Part shown: piece after piece, positions 38,482 to 47,509 of the stretch
Position numbering within the stretch: the stretch's first letter is position 1
Layout of the letters: each line of letters begins with the position of its first letter
NCBI GenBank assembly: GCA_034428955.1
Contig: DAOUGZ010000024.1
Coordinates: 5,804 to 69,803, forward strand
Reading direction: 5' to 3'
Source: Anaerolineae bacterium
GTDB taxonomy: Bacteria > Chloroflexota > Anaerolineae > SpSt-313
Length of the DNA: 64,000 nt
Translations under genes and position numbers: made by a program
The notes under the pieces: model-generated
Seen by the model: only the letters and a program-made list of their open reading frames with translations
Databases searched by the model: none
Told to the model about the DNA's origin: nothing

Positions 38482-39601
38482 CGCGCAAGCCGTCGCCCAA
38501 GAAGCTGTAGAAAAGGACAGTCAGAATGACTGCGACACCGGGGATCATCAACCAGGGATGCTGGAGCACCACCGGCACCTGCTGAGCATCTCTGAGCAGG
38601 GCGCCCCAACTGACCAGGGGCGGCAGGATGCCCAGGCCGAGGAAGCTCAGCGAGGTCTCACCGAGGATCATGTTCGGGATGGCCAGCGCCGCCACCACGA
38701 TGATGTGGCTGGCTGCGTTGGGCAGCATGTGGATGAAAATGACGCGCGCATCCGAGGCCCCCGCCGCCAACGCCGCCTGCACAAAGTCCGCCTGCCGGTA
38801 GGCCATGACCTTGGCCCGCAGTTGCCGCGCCAGGCCCGTCCAGCCCACCAGCGAGAGGATGACGGTAATCAGAAAGTAGCGGTGCAACCCCGTAAAGCTC
38901 TGCGTGATGGGCGGCAAAGCCGCCGCCAGCGCGGCCCACAGGGGCACGGTGGGGAAGGCCATGATGATTTCGATGATGCGTTGCATCACGTCGTCGGTCA
39001 TGCCGCCATAGTAGCCGGACATGGTGCCCATGATCGACCCCAGGATGATGCCCAGAGCCACGCCGAGCAGGCCGATGGTCATCGACACCTGGCCGCCCAT
39101 CAGGATGCGCGCCAGCATATCGCGCCCGAGGGAATCAGCCCCCAGCAGGTAGAGCCGCTGGTCGCCCTCCAGGCCGAACAGGTGGACGTCGGACTTGATG
39201 AACCCGAACAAGGTGTAGGGGTCGCCGCGCACAAGGAACTTGATGGGGATCTTTTTGGTATAGTCGACCTGAAAGACGAATTTAAATTTCTCCTCGTCGA
39301 GGACTGTCGACATCTGATAGGTGTATGGGCGCAGGCTGAACCGTCCGCCCGGCCCGATGAAGGTGATGGGGCTGGGTCCACCATAGACATAATCGTGATT
39401 CTGCAACTGATAGTCGTTGGGCGCCAGGAAAGGACCAAGGAAAACGAGCACGTACATGACAAGCAAGCCGATCAGGCCGGTCATGGCCAGCCGATTGCGA
39501 CCAAAGCGCAACCGCATCAGTTTCCATTGGGACATCTGCCCCACGTCGCTGATCGGCTCGGCTACCCCATGCGCTTGCGGCAATGCGGTCTCTTGAGCCA
39601 T
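38456..39601 (-). CDS. oppC: Peptide ABC-transporter permease (OppC/DppC-like).
   Basis: TM topology; extended N-terminus typical of OppC. Confidence 0.85.
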   Translation of the reverse strand: MAQETALPQAHGVAEPISDVGQMSQWKLMRLRFGRNRLAMTGLIGLLVMYVLVFLGPFLAPNDYQLQNHDYVYGGPSPITFIGPGGRFSLRPYTYQMSTVLDEEKFKFVFQVDYTKKIPIKFLVRGDPYTLFGFIKSDVHLFGLEGDQRLYLLGADSLGRDMLARILMGGQVSMTIGLLGVALGIILGSIMGTMSGYYGGMTDDVMQRIIEIIMAFPTVPLWAALAAALPPITQSFTGLHRYFLITVILSLVGWTGLARQLRAKVMAYRQADFVQAALAAGASDARVIFIHMLPNAASHIIVVAALAIPNMILGETSLSFLGLGILPPLVSWGALLRDAQQVPVVLQHPWLMIPGVAVILTVLFYSFLGDGLRDAVDPYSI

Positions 39602-39628
39602 CTGCTTCCCCCTTGTCTCTTCTGGCGC

Positions 39629-40612
39629 CTACTCGAACCGGATCCGCGGGTCCAGCCAGGCCAGCATGATATCCGCCAACAGATTGCCGACCAGCAAGAG
39701 CACCGCCAGGAACATCAGGAAGGTTGCCCCCAGATACATGTCCTGCTGCTGCAAAGCCCGGAAATAGAGGGGCCCGGTTGTCGGCATGTTCAGCACGATA
39801 GCCACAACAGTCTCGCCCGAGATGATACCCGGCAGGCTCATCCCCAGGACCATGACCAGGGGGTGCAGGGCATTACGCACGGCGTGCTTCCAGATCACAG
39901 TGCGCTCAGTCAACCCCTTGGCCCGCGCCGTCTGCACGTACTGCATGTTCAGCACATCCAGCAGGTTGCCGCGCATCACCCGGCTGAGCCAGGCCGTGCT
40001 GCTGGCGCCGATGACCACGATCGGGAGCCAGAGATGCTTGAGGAGGTCCACGAGCTTGCCCAGGCTCCAGGGTGCGTTCTGATACTCTTGGGAGAACAGG
40101 CCACCGACCTCCTGGCCGAGCACCCGCTGGGCAAAGACCATCAGGACCAGAGCCAACAGGAAGGCGGGGACCGAGAGGCCGATGAACTGCAGGACGGTGA
40201 TGGCATAGTCGGGGATGGTGTAGCGATGAGTCGCCGAGTAGACACCCACAAAGATGGAGACTACCCAACTGAACAACATGGTGAACAGCGAGATCATCAC
40301 CGTATAGCCCAATCTGCCCCAAAGCAGATTGGAGACCGGCAAGTGGTACATGAAGGATTCGCCAAAGTCGCCCCGCACAAAGCCGGAGAACCACTTCCAG
40401 AACTTGATGTATACAGGATCGTGCACCCCGTAGCGGATCTCGAGCGCCTTGATCTGCTCCGGCGCCAGGTTCCCACCCACCTGACGCAGCCGGTTGAGCT
40501 CAAACTCGAGATAGGAGCCTGGCGGCAGTTCGATGATGATAAAGCCGATGATGGCGACAAAGGCCAGCGTGACGAGCATATAGCCCGATCGCCGCATGAT
40601 GTATCTGAGCAT
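39629..40612 (-). CDS. oppB: Peptide ABC-transporter permease (OppB/DppB-like).
   Basis: ORF 39629..40705; likely start ATG 40612 (MLRYIMRRSGYML..). Confidence 0.8.
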   Translation of the reverse strand: MLRYIMRRSGYMLVTLAFVAIIGFIIIELPPGSYLEFELNRLRQVGGNLAPEQIKALEIRYGVHDPVYIKFWKWFSGFVRGDFGESFMYHLPVSNLLWGRLGYTVMISLFTMLFSWVVSIFVGVYSATHRYTIPDYAITVLQFIGLSVPAFLLALVLMVFAQRVLGQEVGGLFSQEYQNAPWSLGKLVDLLKHLWLPIVVIGASSTAWLSRVMRGNLLDVLNMQYVQTARAKGLTERTVIWKHAVRNALHPLVMVLGMSLPGIISGETVVAIVLNMPTTGPLYFRALQQQDMYLGATFLMFLAVLLLVGNLLADIMLAWLDPRIRFE

Positions 40613-40796
40613 GGCACCCCCCAGAGCGTGTCTTGAAACCCAGCCGAAGCAACCTCCAAAACCGGCTGCAGCCTGGGCGCCGGCAACCTGCCGGCGCAGG
40701 GTCAAGGAAGCTGCTTGGCTATGAAGACAACCGGTAGCCTGCCCGAGAGAGCATGCTCTCTCGGGCAGGCCGTCGGTACTGCAACACCACTTGCCC

Positions 40797-42929
40797 TTAC
40801 GCCTTGTAGGCGTAGGTCTCTGGGTTGGTCACCGCCGGGTAGGGGATGATCCAGGGGTTGACGAACCCACCCAGCCGGAGCTGTTCCTTCGTCGGCACGT
40901 TCATCAGCTTTTTGCTGACAAAGATGATGCGCGGATAGTTCGCCACGCTGCCGATGAAGAAGGGGCCCTGGTCGATGTGGATGTTGATCATATCCCACAC
41001 ATAGTGGTGGCGCTTGAGATCGTCGACCTCGACCATGGCCTTGAGGTAGATCTCGGTCAGGTCCTTCACCGGGCCGTCAGTGTAGCCGGCCTCGGTGGAG
41101 GCCCAGCGCGGCGGCTGGCGGTCCCATGGGCTCTTGTCCAGCTCCGAGTCCTCCTGCGGGGTGCCGACCAGCATCAGGCGGTTGCCGCACAGCGGCGCCC
41201 AGCGTTCGGGCTCGTTCGGGACCATCCAGGAGGGGTAGAGCAGATGGTCGGGGCCGTCGCCGACCTCCCAGTTGGTGTGGATGTCCCCCTGGCCGCCCCT
41301 CCACATGGGGCCGAACTCGGCGGGTGGGACCTGGTTGATAATGATGCTCAGACCGATGTCTTTCCAGTTCTTCTCAACGATCTGAAGGACGTTCATGCAC
41401 TCGGCGCCGGCATCGGCCGGGACGTCGATGCTGATATCGAGCTTGCTGCCGTCCGGATACTCGCGGATCCCGTCGCCGTCGGCATCGACGACGCCAATCT
41501 CGTCGAGAATGGCCATGGCCTTCTCAGGATTGTACTCCATATAGGCCGACCGGGCCTTCTCGTACAGAGCCTGGGCCTCTTCGTTAAAGTTGTACTCGAT
41601 GGCCTTGGGGCTCATGGTGCCGGTGGTCGGGATGCCGGTGTTGTAGTAGACAATCCTCTGGATCGTCGGCCGGTCCATGGCGTAGGACATGGCCTGCTTG
41701 AACTTGGGATTGCGATAGAGCTCGCGCTTCTTGTCGTCGGGATGGTCATAGTTCCAGAAGTACATCATGCCCGTGCCGGAGCCCGAGTCCCACAGGCGAA
41801 CTTCATAATTGCCCGTGTCCTCGCTCTCCTTGAGGGTCGAGATGTCCGCCAGGGTGGCGCCATGAAAGTGCACAAAGTCGATGCCGCCCTGCATGATGGT
41901 GAGCTTTTGGACCTCGGCATCCTGGACCTGGGTCTCGTCGATGCCGTCGATGTACGGCAACTGGTTGCCCTCGGTATCCACGGCATAGTAGTAGGGGTTG
42001 CGCTCCCACGTTCTGCTCTCGGCTGCCGTGTACACGGTGCAGATCCAGGGATTCAGCGAGGGGCAGTCCGGATTCTGCCGGAAGAGGATCTTTTGGTCGT
42101 GCTCCTCAAAGTCCGTGACAGCGGGGTTGTACTTGGGGTGGAACTGCTGCATATAGTGCTTGGGCGCGATCCAGCGCGGGCCGATGGCGCCGTTGACCCA
42201 CATCGCCAGGCGCTTGGCCGTGAGCGGCGTGGGCTCGATGTACTTGAGGGTGAGGGTATAGTCGTCGACCTTGATGAACTCGACCAGCTTGCCGCCGGCG
42301 GAGCCAAAGTCGGGCGGTTGGTCGGAATGGTCCTGGTTGAGGACGAGATCCTCCCACCAATACAGGACGTCATCCACCGTGCAGGGCTCGCCGTCGGACC
42401 ACTTGAGCCCCTCGCGGATGTGCACCGTCCACTCGGTGTTATCGTCGTTGGACTCCCACCAGTCGCACATGCCGGGGGCGATGCCCATGCCGTCATCGAT
42501 CCAGCGCAGGGGCGAGTGCCCATACTGGCTCTCTTCCCAGGCGTTGCCCAAGTCACCAGTGAAGGTGCGGATGCGGCCGCCATACTGGCCGATGCCGTCC
42601 ACCGGCGAAAGGACGAGGGGGACCTTGGGCAAGCGATCCGCCAGCGGGGGCAGATCACCCGCCGCGACCCTTTCAGCCAGAGCGGGCGCTTCCTTGAGCG
42701 ATGTCTCGGGTGCCACCGTCGGCACGGGGGTAGCAGTCGCCGCCTGGGTCGGGATGGGGGTCGGCTTGTCCGCCGGGGCGGTGGTAGCCGCAGGCACCGG
42801 CGTGGCCTCCGCAGGCGGAACTTCCGGCTGCGGCTGGCCGCCACAGGCGGTCAACGCCACGCCCACAGCGGCCATAGCCGAACCGAACAGGAAATCACGA
42901 CGGCTAACCTTCATCGTTCTCTTTGACAT
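40797..42929 (-). CDS. oppA: Peptide/nickel ABC-transporter substrate-binding lipoprotein (family 5), Tat signal.
   Basis: ATG 42929 after AGGAGGA. MSKRTMKVSRRDFLFGSAMAAVGVALTAC. ~710 aa with Pro/Thr-rich linker. Confidence 0.85.
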   Translation of the reverse strand: MSKRTMKVSRRDFLFGSAMAAVGVALTACGGQPQPEVPPAEATPVPAATTAPADKPTPIPTQAATATPVPTVAPETSLKEAPALAERVAAGDLPPLADRLPKVPLVLSPVDGIGQYGGRIRTFTGDLGNAWEESQYGHSPLRWIDDGMGIAPGMCDWWESNDDNTEWTVHIREGLKWSDGEPCTVDDVLYWWEDLVLNQDHSDQPPDFGSAGGKLVEFIKVDDYTLTLKYIEPTPLTAKRLAMWVNGAIGPRWIAPKHYMQQFHPKYNPAVTDFEEHDQKILFRQNPDCPSLNPWICTVYTAAESRTWERNPYYYAVDTEGNQLPYIDGIDETQVQDAEVQKLTIMQGGIDFVHFHGATLADISTLKESEDTGNYEVRLWDSGSGTGMMYFWNYDHPDDKKRELYRNPKFKQAMSYAMDRPTIQRIVYYNTGIPTTGTMSPKAIEYNFNEEAQALYEKARSAYMEYNPEKAMAILDEIGVVDADGDGIREYPDGSKLDISIDVPADAGAECMNVLQIVEKNWKDIGLSIIINQVPPAEFGPMWRGGQGDIHTNWEVGDGPDHLLYPSWMVPNEPERWAPLCGNRLMLVGTPQEDSELDKSPWDRQPPRWASTEAGYTDGPVKDLTEIYLKAMVEVDDLKRHHYVWDMINIHIDQGPFFIGSVANYPRIIFVSKKLMNVPTKEQLRLGGFVNPWIIPYPAVTNPETYAYKA

Positions 42930-42956
42930 CTGTGTCCTCCTTGAAAAGATGCCCAC

Positions 42957-43888
42957 CGGTACGGATGATCATTACGCGCCGGCATTTCGCTTCGCGCCCC
43001 TCTATCACCTCCCTCCATCGCAAGCTGCCTACAGCTACTCGGTGCCCGCAGGCCTGGGCCAAAGACCGGTAAAGTTGGTCATCGCGGCGACCCACCTGCA
43101 GCCATCCTACACGGCGGCCCTAGGTGGCTGTCCCCATCCCGTTGGAGCATAGATTGCCCAAGCTGGCTGTGCGCCACTGGAGCGCCTGCCGCGTTGGCGA
43201 TCGGCGCACCGGTTGATAAGAGCGGCCACCTGAGCGGCTATTCCAACACCCCACGAACCGGCGGATGATCCGGCCGCCGAAGCCAGAGCGCAAGACGGCG
43301 CAATGCGCCTTTCTGGGGCGTTGTCGACGCGCGGCGCACGAGGATCAACCCAGCAGCCATAGCCGGGCTCCTTGTGCACGCTCCCATTTGGCTAAAACAG
43401 TCAGACCAAGAACAACGGTTGTGGGAACTCGAGCTACAAAACAGAACCTTGGGATAGAACGAAAGGAAGCAAATCACCCCGAGTTAACAGGCGCCCGTCG
43501 AGGTTGCGGGCAGCCCGAGCGGATCCGGCACATTGGAGCAAGACGTCATCATCAAGGGCCAACGACAGATCACAAACTTGCGGCAAATGACCTTGAGGGC
43601 GAGAAACAGAAGAGAAACACGAGGAAAAAACAAGACAAGGGCGGGTTCCCGGCGCACAAATGGCCCTGCGCAGCACCGGCCTGTAGGAGTCAACAGCCTG
43701 AGGTAGGAGATATGCTTGGAAGCCGGTTGCCAGAGTGAGGTTCCAGATCACCATTCCACCCATGACTTTCAGGTCCCAATCCGCAGCCTTTGCGGATGCC
43801 CTGCCCGCTAGACGACCTTGAGGCATTTCCAGTATAGCATGCAATGCAGAGGCTGTCAACAGTGTGGGTGGGCCACAAAGATTGCATC
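42957..43888. other. ~930-bp non-coding region with locally reduced GC and A/G-rich tracts; no ORF with genome-typical GC3.
   Basis: All ORFs here have mixed third-position composition and low-complexity translations. No tRNA, tmRNA or RNase P signatures found by eye. Confidence 0.5.
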
Positions 43889-44737
43889 TTACTCCTTGCG
43901 CATGATCAGCACATTCTGATGGATGATATTGGGCACATAGGCATAGGGGTAACCGTAGGGGCGGATGCGCGTGCCGGTGGCGTACCAGATGTGCACGCCT
44001 TTGAGGACAAAGCCCACTTCCTTGTAGCGCTCGGCGAGGTGGTAGGCGGTGGGGATGTACTCGCCGCCCTGATAGGCATCGCGCACGATCAACACCAGGT
44101 AGCGCCGCGGCCGCAGCACGCGCAGGAGCTTGACCCCGATGCGTTGCATGGCCGCGAAAAAAGCCGCAAAGCTGTCGAGGTTGCTCAGATCGGCCGGATC
44201 ATCGCTATACTCGACATAGCCGCTACGACGATTGGGCCGGTTGTAACCGGCGTTCGCCGCCGCGCCGGACATGGTCTGCCGCAGACGGATCGAGTAAGGG
44301 GGATCGGTGGCGATGAGGTCCACGCTGTCATCGGCCAGAGCATCGAGGAGCGCCTCGCAGTCGCCGCAGAGCACCGGATGCGGCCGGATGCCCTCTCGCT
44401 CGCAGACCTGGCGGTAGATGGCAATCGAGCGGGGGTTGATCTCCATCCCCAGCGAACGGCGGCCCGCCAGGTGGGCGCCGAGCAGCGTCCCGCCCGCCCC
44501 GGCAAAGGGGTCCAGCACCAGGCCATCGCGCTTGGTAAAGAACTCGATGATACTCTGCATGAGCTGCGGCGGCTTGTTGCCGCCTTGGCGCCGCCGCAGG
44601 TCGTGGCCCAGGATGGAGGGGTAAGACGTCCTGAGTACGCTCTTGGTAAAGTACATCCACTCCGCGCCGCTCAGTTCATTCAACTGGTTCTGGGGATGCA
44701 CCCCACCATTGGTCTCTCCGTCGCCGCGTTCGGCCAT
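43889..44737 (-). CDS. DNA methyltransferase, likely N6-adenine (FxGxG motif I followed ~60 aa later by DPPY motif IV); no restriction endonuclease gene adjacent.
   Basis: DPFAGAGGT and DPPY motifs. ATG 44737 after AAGGAG; the longer TTG-initiated ORF to 44854 lies inside the conserved upstream element. Confidence 0.8.
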   Translation of the reverse strand: MAERGDGETNGGVHPQNQLNELSGAEWMYFTKSVLRTSYPSILGHDLRRRQGGNKPPQLMQSIIEFFTKRDGLVLDPFAGAGGTLLGAHLAGRRSLGMEINPRSIAIYRQVCEREGIRPHPVLCGDCEALLDALADDSVDLIATDPPYSIRLRQTMSGAAANAGYNRPNRRSGYVEYSDDPADLSNLDSFAAFFAAMQRIGVKLLRVLRPRRYLVLIVRDAYQGGEYIPTAYHLAERYKEVGFVLKGVHIWYATGTRIRPYGYPYAYVPNIIHQNVLIMRKE

Positions 44738-44744
44738 CCATACT

Positions 44745-44856
44745 CCTTCGTTATCAAATCCGAAACTTTGCGAAAGCCTCAGGTCGACTCCCAACCCGAC
44801 ACGGCGTGGCTGAGCAAGTTGCCCCCGGGCCGGCGAGTCTTGGAGCTTTTGCAAGG
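44745..44856 (-). promoter_or_regulatory. Conserved upstream element, copy B (core CCTTGCAAAAGCTCCAAGA at 44838-44856 on the minus strand; ~75% identical to copy A over ~90 nt).
   Basis: Fills the intergenic space between the SPFH-gene stop and the methyltransferase ATG. Confidence 0.6.
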
Positions 44857-44867
44857 CTGAGCGCGTG

Positions 44868-45872
44868 TTACTCCACTGGCGTCGGGCTCTGCGCCTGCAG
44901 CCCGTTCAGGTCCAGGATGAACGGGTTATCCGAGGGCAGCAGGATCGTGCTGATGTTGGGTGCCAGCTTTTCGATGTAACGATAGGTCAGCAGGTTCGGG
45001 TTCTGGCTCAGGGCATCGCTAACCAGGCGCAGGGCTTCCGCCTCGCCCTCGGCCTTGGTAATCGCCGACTGCTTTACACCCTCCGCCTCGACCTTTTTGC
45101 GCTCGGCCTCCTGCTGCTCCTTCTGAAGCACGAACTCCATCTGCTCCGCCTGCTGCTGGGCAATCTGTTTCTGCTCAATCGACTTGGCATACTCGTCCGT
45201 AAAGTTGACGTTGCGGATATCAAAAGAGAGCAACACAAAGCCCGCTTCCTCAAAGCGCTCGCGCAGCGCCGTCTCGATCTCGGTCTGAATCTCTTTGCGC
45301 TTGGGGCCATAGACGTCGGTAACCGTGTTCTGCGAGACGTACAGGCGAACAATCGAGCGGATAGCCGGGCGAATGAGCACCGTATCGTACGTCTGCCGAT
45401 ACTTGTCGTGGACGTAGGCAGCCTTGCGCGGGTCGATGGCATAGCGCGTCGAGGAGTCGATGCCGACCTGCAGCCCCTCTTCGGTCGGCGACCAGAGCGA
45501 GTCATCACGGGCAACCTGGGCCTCATCAGCAATGCCGCTCATCGTGTACACCTGCTCCATAGTGCTGTAGCGGTACACCGTATTGATATAGGGCACAATC
45601 ACGTGCATCCCAGGCATGAGCGGCTCGGGCTGGGTGCCGCTGAACGAGTTGAACACCACGCCAACCTCGCCGGCGTCGATGACCACGATGCTTGCTCCCA
45701 ACGTGCTGCAGGTGACGGCGATGGCCAGCAGGATCAACGCTCCGGGAATCGAGATCGTCTTCTTTTTGCCCAAAGGCTGCTGCACACTGCGCACTACTCC
45801 CCAGATCAAATAACCGCCCAGGGCAAGCCAAAAGAGAATGGCCACTCCACTTAGCACGCTCGCGAATGCCAT
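44868..45872 (-). CDS. SPFH/band-7 (prohibitin/HflC-like) membrane protein.
   Basis: N-terminal TM; SPFH domain; C-terminal coiled-coil (..QQQAEQMEFVLQKEQQEAERKK..). RBS GGAGGA. Confidence 0.85.
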   Translation of the reverse strand: MAFASVLSGVAILFWLALGGYLIWGVVRSVQQPLGKKKTISIPGALILLAIAVTCSTLGASIVVIDAGEVGVVFNSFSGTQPEPLMPGMHVIVPYINTVYRYSTMEQVYTMSGIADEAQVARDDSLWSPTEEGLQVGIDSSTRYAIDPRKAAYVHDKYRQTYDTVLIRPAIRSIVRLYVSQNTVTDVYGPKRKEIQTEIETALRERFEEAGFVLLSFDIRNVNFTDEYAKSIEQKQIAQQQAEQMEFVLQKEQQEAERKKVEAEGVKQSAITKAEGEAEALRLVSDALSQNPNLLTYRYIEKLAPNISTILLPSDNPFILDLNGLQAQSPTPVE

Positions 45873-46199
45873 CGAGATCCTCCTTGCATGAACCAGTGGA
45901 AACGGGTGGGAAGGAGTGCCGGAGCGCAGAGCAATGGCGCGTCCACGGCCCGGCCCAGGCGCGACACTGGGCGCAACTCCCTATAAAGTATAGCACATAA
46001 CACCCTTTCTTGCATGACCTCTGCATCTTTGACAGCCTCCGGCACCTGGGCTACCATTACCCGCGGGCGGCCGCGCTCCCCTCCCGCAGGTTCCGCGACT
46101 CACGCGGAATGGCGAGCCGAGCTTCCCAGGCAGGCGTCTCAGCCGGCAAGCGCTGCTGACCTGCGCGAGGGGGACGCATCGAGTAGAAGTGAGGAGACC

Positions 46200-46358
46200 G
46201 TGAGGGAACCCGGCGTTCGGCCCTGGTTCTGGATTACCATCATTCTGGCAATCGTTCTGTTGGCGTTGATCATCCGAGGCTACTGGGAATGGGCCATAGT
46301 TGCGCTGCTTGCAGCAATGGTCCTCGCCCGCCTGCCCGTTATTCGTTGGCCATCCTGA
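46200..46358 (+). CDS. Possible small (52-aa) single/double-TM membrane protein.
   Basis: GTG 46200 after GAGGAG (short spacer). Hydrophobic C-terminal half. Weak evidence. Confidence 0.3.
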   Translation: MREPGVRPWFWITIILAIVLLALIIRGYWEWAIVALLAAMVLARLPVIRWPS

Positions 46359-46368
46359 GGAGTAACCC

Positions 46369-47322
46369 ATGCCCGACCTGATCACCTTTGGCGAGACGAT
46401 GGTCCTCTTTAGCCCGCTCTCCGAGGGACCCCTGCAGTACGTCTACCACTTTGAGAAACGCTTTGCGGGCGCAGAGAGCAACGTGGCCATCGCCACCGTG
46501 CGCCTGGGCCACTCGGCCGGCTGGATCAGCCGCCTGGGTGACGATGATTTCGGCCGCTACATCCTCTGTGGCCTGCGCGGCGAGGGGGTCGATACGAGCC
46601 AGGTGCGCCTCAGCGCCGCGCAGCCCACCGGCGTTTTCTTTCGCTCGCGCGGCTCCGTCGGCGGCGGGAGCGAAACCTTTTACTACCGGCACAACTCGGC
46701 GGCCTCGCAACTGGCCCCAGAGGACCTGGACCCGGCCTACTTTCAGGGGGCGCGCGTGTTGCACCTCACGGGCATTACGCCGGCCCTGAGCGCCGACTGC
46801 CGCGCCGCCACCTATCGGGCCATCGAGTTGGCCCGTCAGGCCGGGCTTTTGATCTCCTTCGACCCCAACCTCCGCCTCAAGCTGTGGCCAGTCGACGAGG
46901 CCCGGCGCGTGCTCTGCGACCTGGCCTCGCGCGTCGATATCGTCCTGCCCGGGCGCAGCGAGTGCGCCATCCTCTACGGCACCGAAGACGAGCGCAAAGC
47001 CGCCGGGGCCATCCTGGCCGCCGGCGCGCGCCTGGTCGTGGTCAAACTGGGGACGGAAGGGGCCTATATCCGCACAGCCGGCGAGGAACTGCGCGTGCCG
47101 GCTGTGCCCGTGGGCCAGGTCGTCGATCCCATCGGCGCCGGCGACGGCTTTGCCGCCGGCTTTCTGGTAGGTCAGATGGAAGGCCGCTCGCTGGCCGAGT
47201 CCGCCCGCCTCGCCGTCACCATCGGTGCCTTTGCCACCGCCACGGCGGGCGATGTGGAGGGCTACCCCAGCCGCGCGCGCGTAGAGGCCTACTGGGCCGG
47301 CCGCGCCCCCCGCGAGCGCTAG
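46369..47322 (+). CDS. kdgK: PfkB-family sugar kinase (2-dehydro-3-deoxygluconokinase-like).
   Basis: N-terminal GETMVLF.. and C-terminal DPIGAGDGFAAG PfkB signature. Confidence 0.8.
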   Translation: MPDLITFGETMVLFSPLSEGPLQYVYHFEKRFAGAESNVAIATVRLGHSAGWISRLGDDDFGRYILCGLRGEGVDTSQVRLSAAQPTGVFFRSRGSVGGGSETFYYRHNSAASQLAPEDLDPAYFQGARVLHLTGITPALSADCRAATYRAIELARQAGLLISFDPNLRLKLWPVDEARRVLCDLASRVDIVLPGRSECAILYGTEDERKAAGAILAAGARLVVVKLGTEGAYIRTAGEELRVPAVPVGQVVDPIGAGDGFAAGFLVGQMEGRSLAESARLAVTIGAFATATAGDVEGYPSRARVEAYWAGRAPRER

Positions 47323-47362
47323 TGCGCGCATCCCAAACTCGCCGGAAACACAAAGACCGTAT

Positions 47363-47401
47363 ACCAAGTGTTCATGGGTGCGGCGCTCATGAACACTTGG
47401 T
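47363..47401. repeat. Perfect 14-bp inverted repeat (accaagtgttcatg / catgaacacttggt) with 11-nt loop.
   Basis: Seen directly in the sequence, 40 nt after the kinase stop. Confidence 0.7.
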
Positions 47402-47509
47402 GATATGTGCCCGTTCACTCAGCAACGATAGCGCTGATTACCGGCTTGAGGCTCCGGCCTTTCGCCGCTATAATTCGCCGCAGATCACAGGAATGGAGGA
47501 TGCCCCGTA

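Noticed and set aside
36296-42929. Whether the opp-type operon could be a nickel (nik) or dipeptide (dpp) system specifically.
   Set aside because: Substrate specificity of family-5 binding proteins cannot be determined from sequence inspection alone; left as a generic peptide/opp-type call.
42957-43888. Looked for tRNA, tmRNA (tag ORF GCC-AAC-GAC..), RNase P (GGAAAGUCCGG) and SRP RNA signatures in the low-GC non-coding stretch.
   Set aside because: A GCCAACGAC string is present (43559), but the downstream reading frame gives ANDRSQTCGK-stop, not a hydrophobic tag. No T-arm (GGTTCGAATCC) or P4 motifs were found. Kept only as an unannotated non-coding region.
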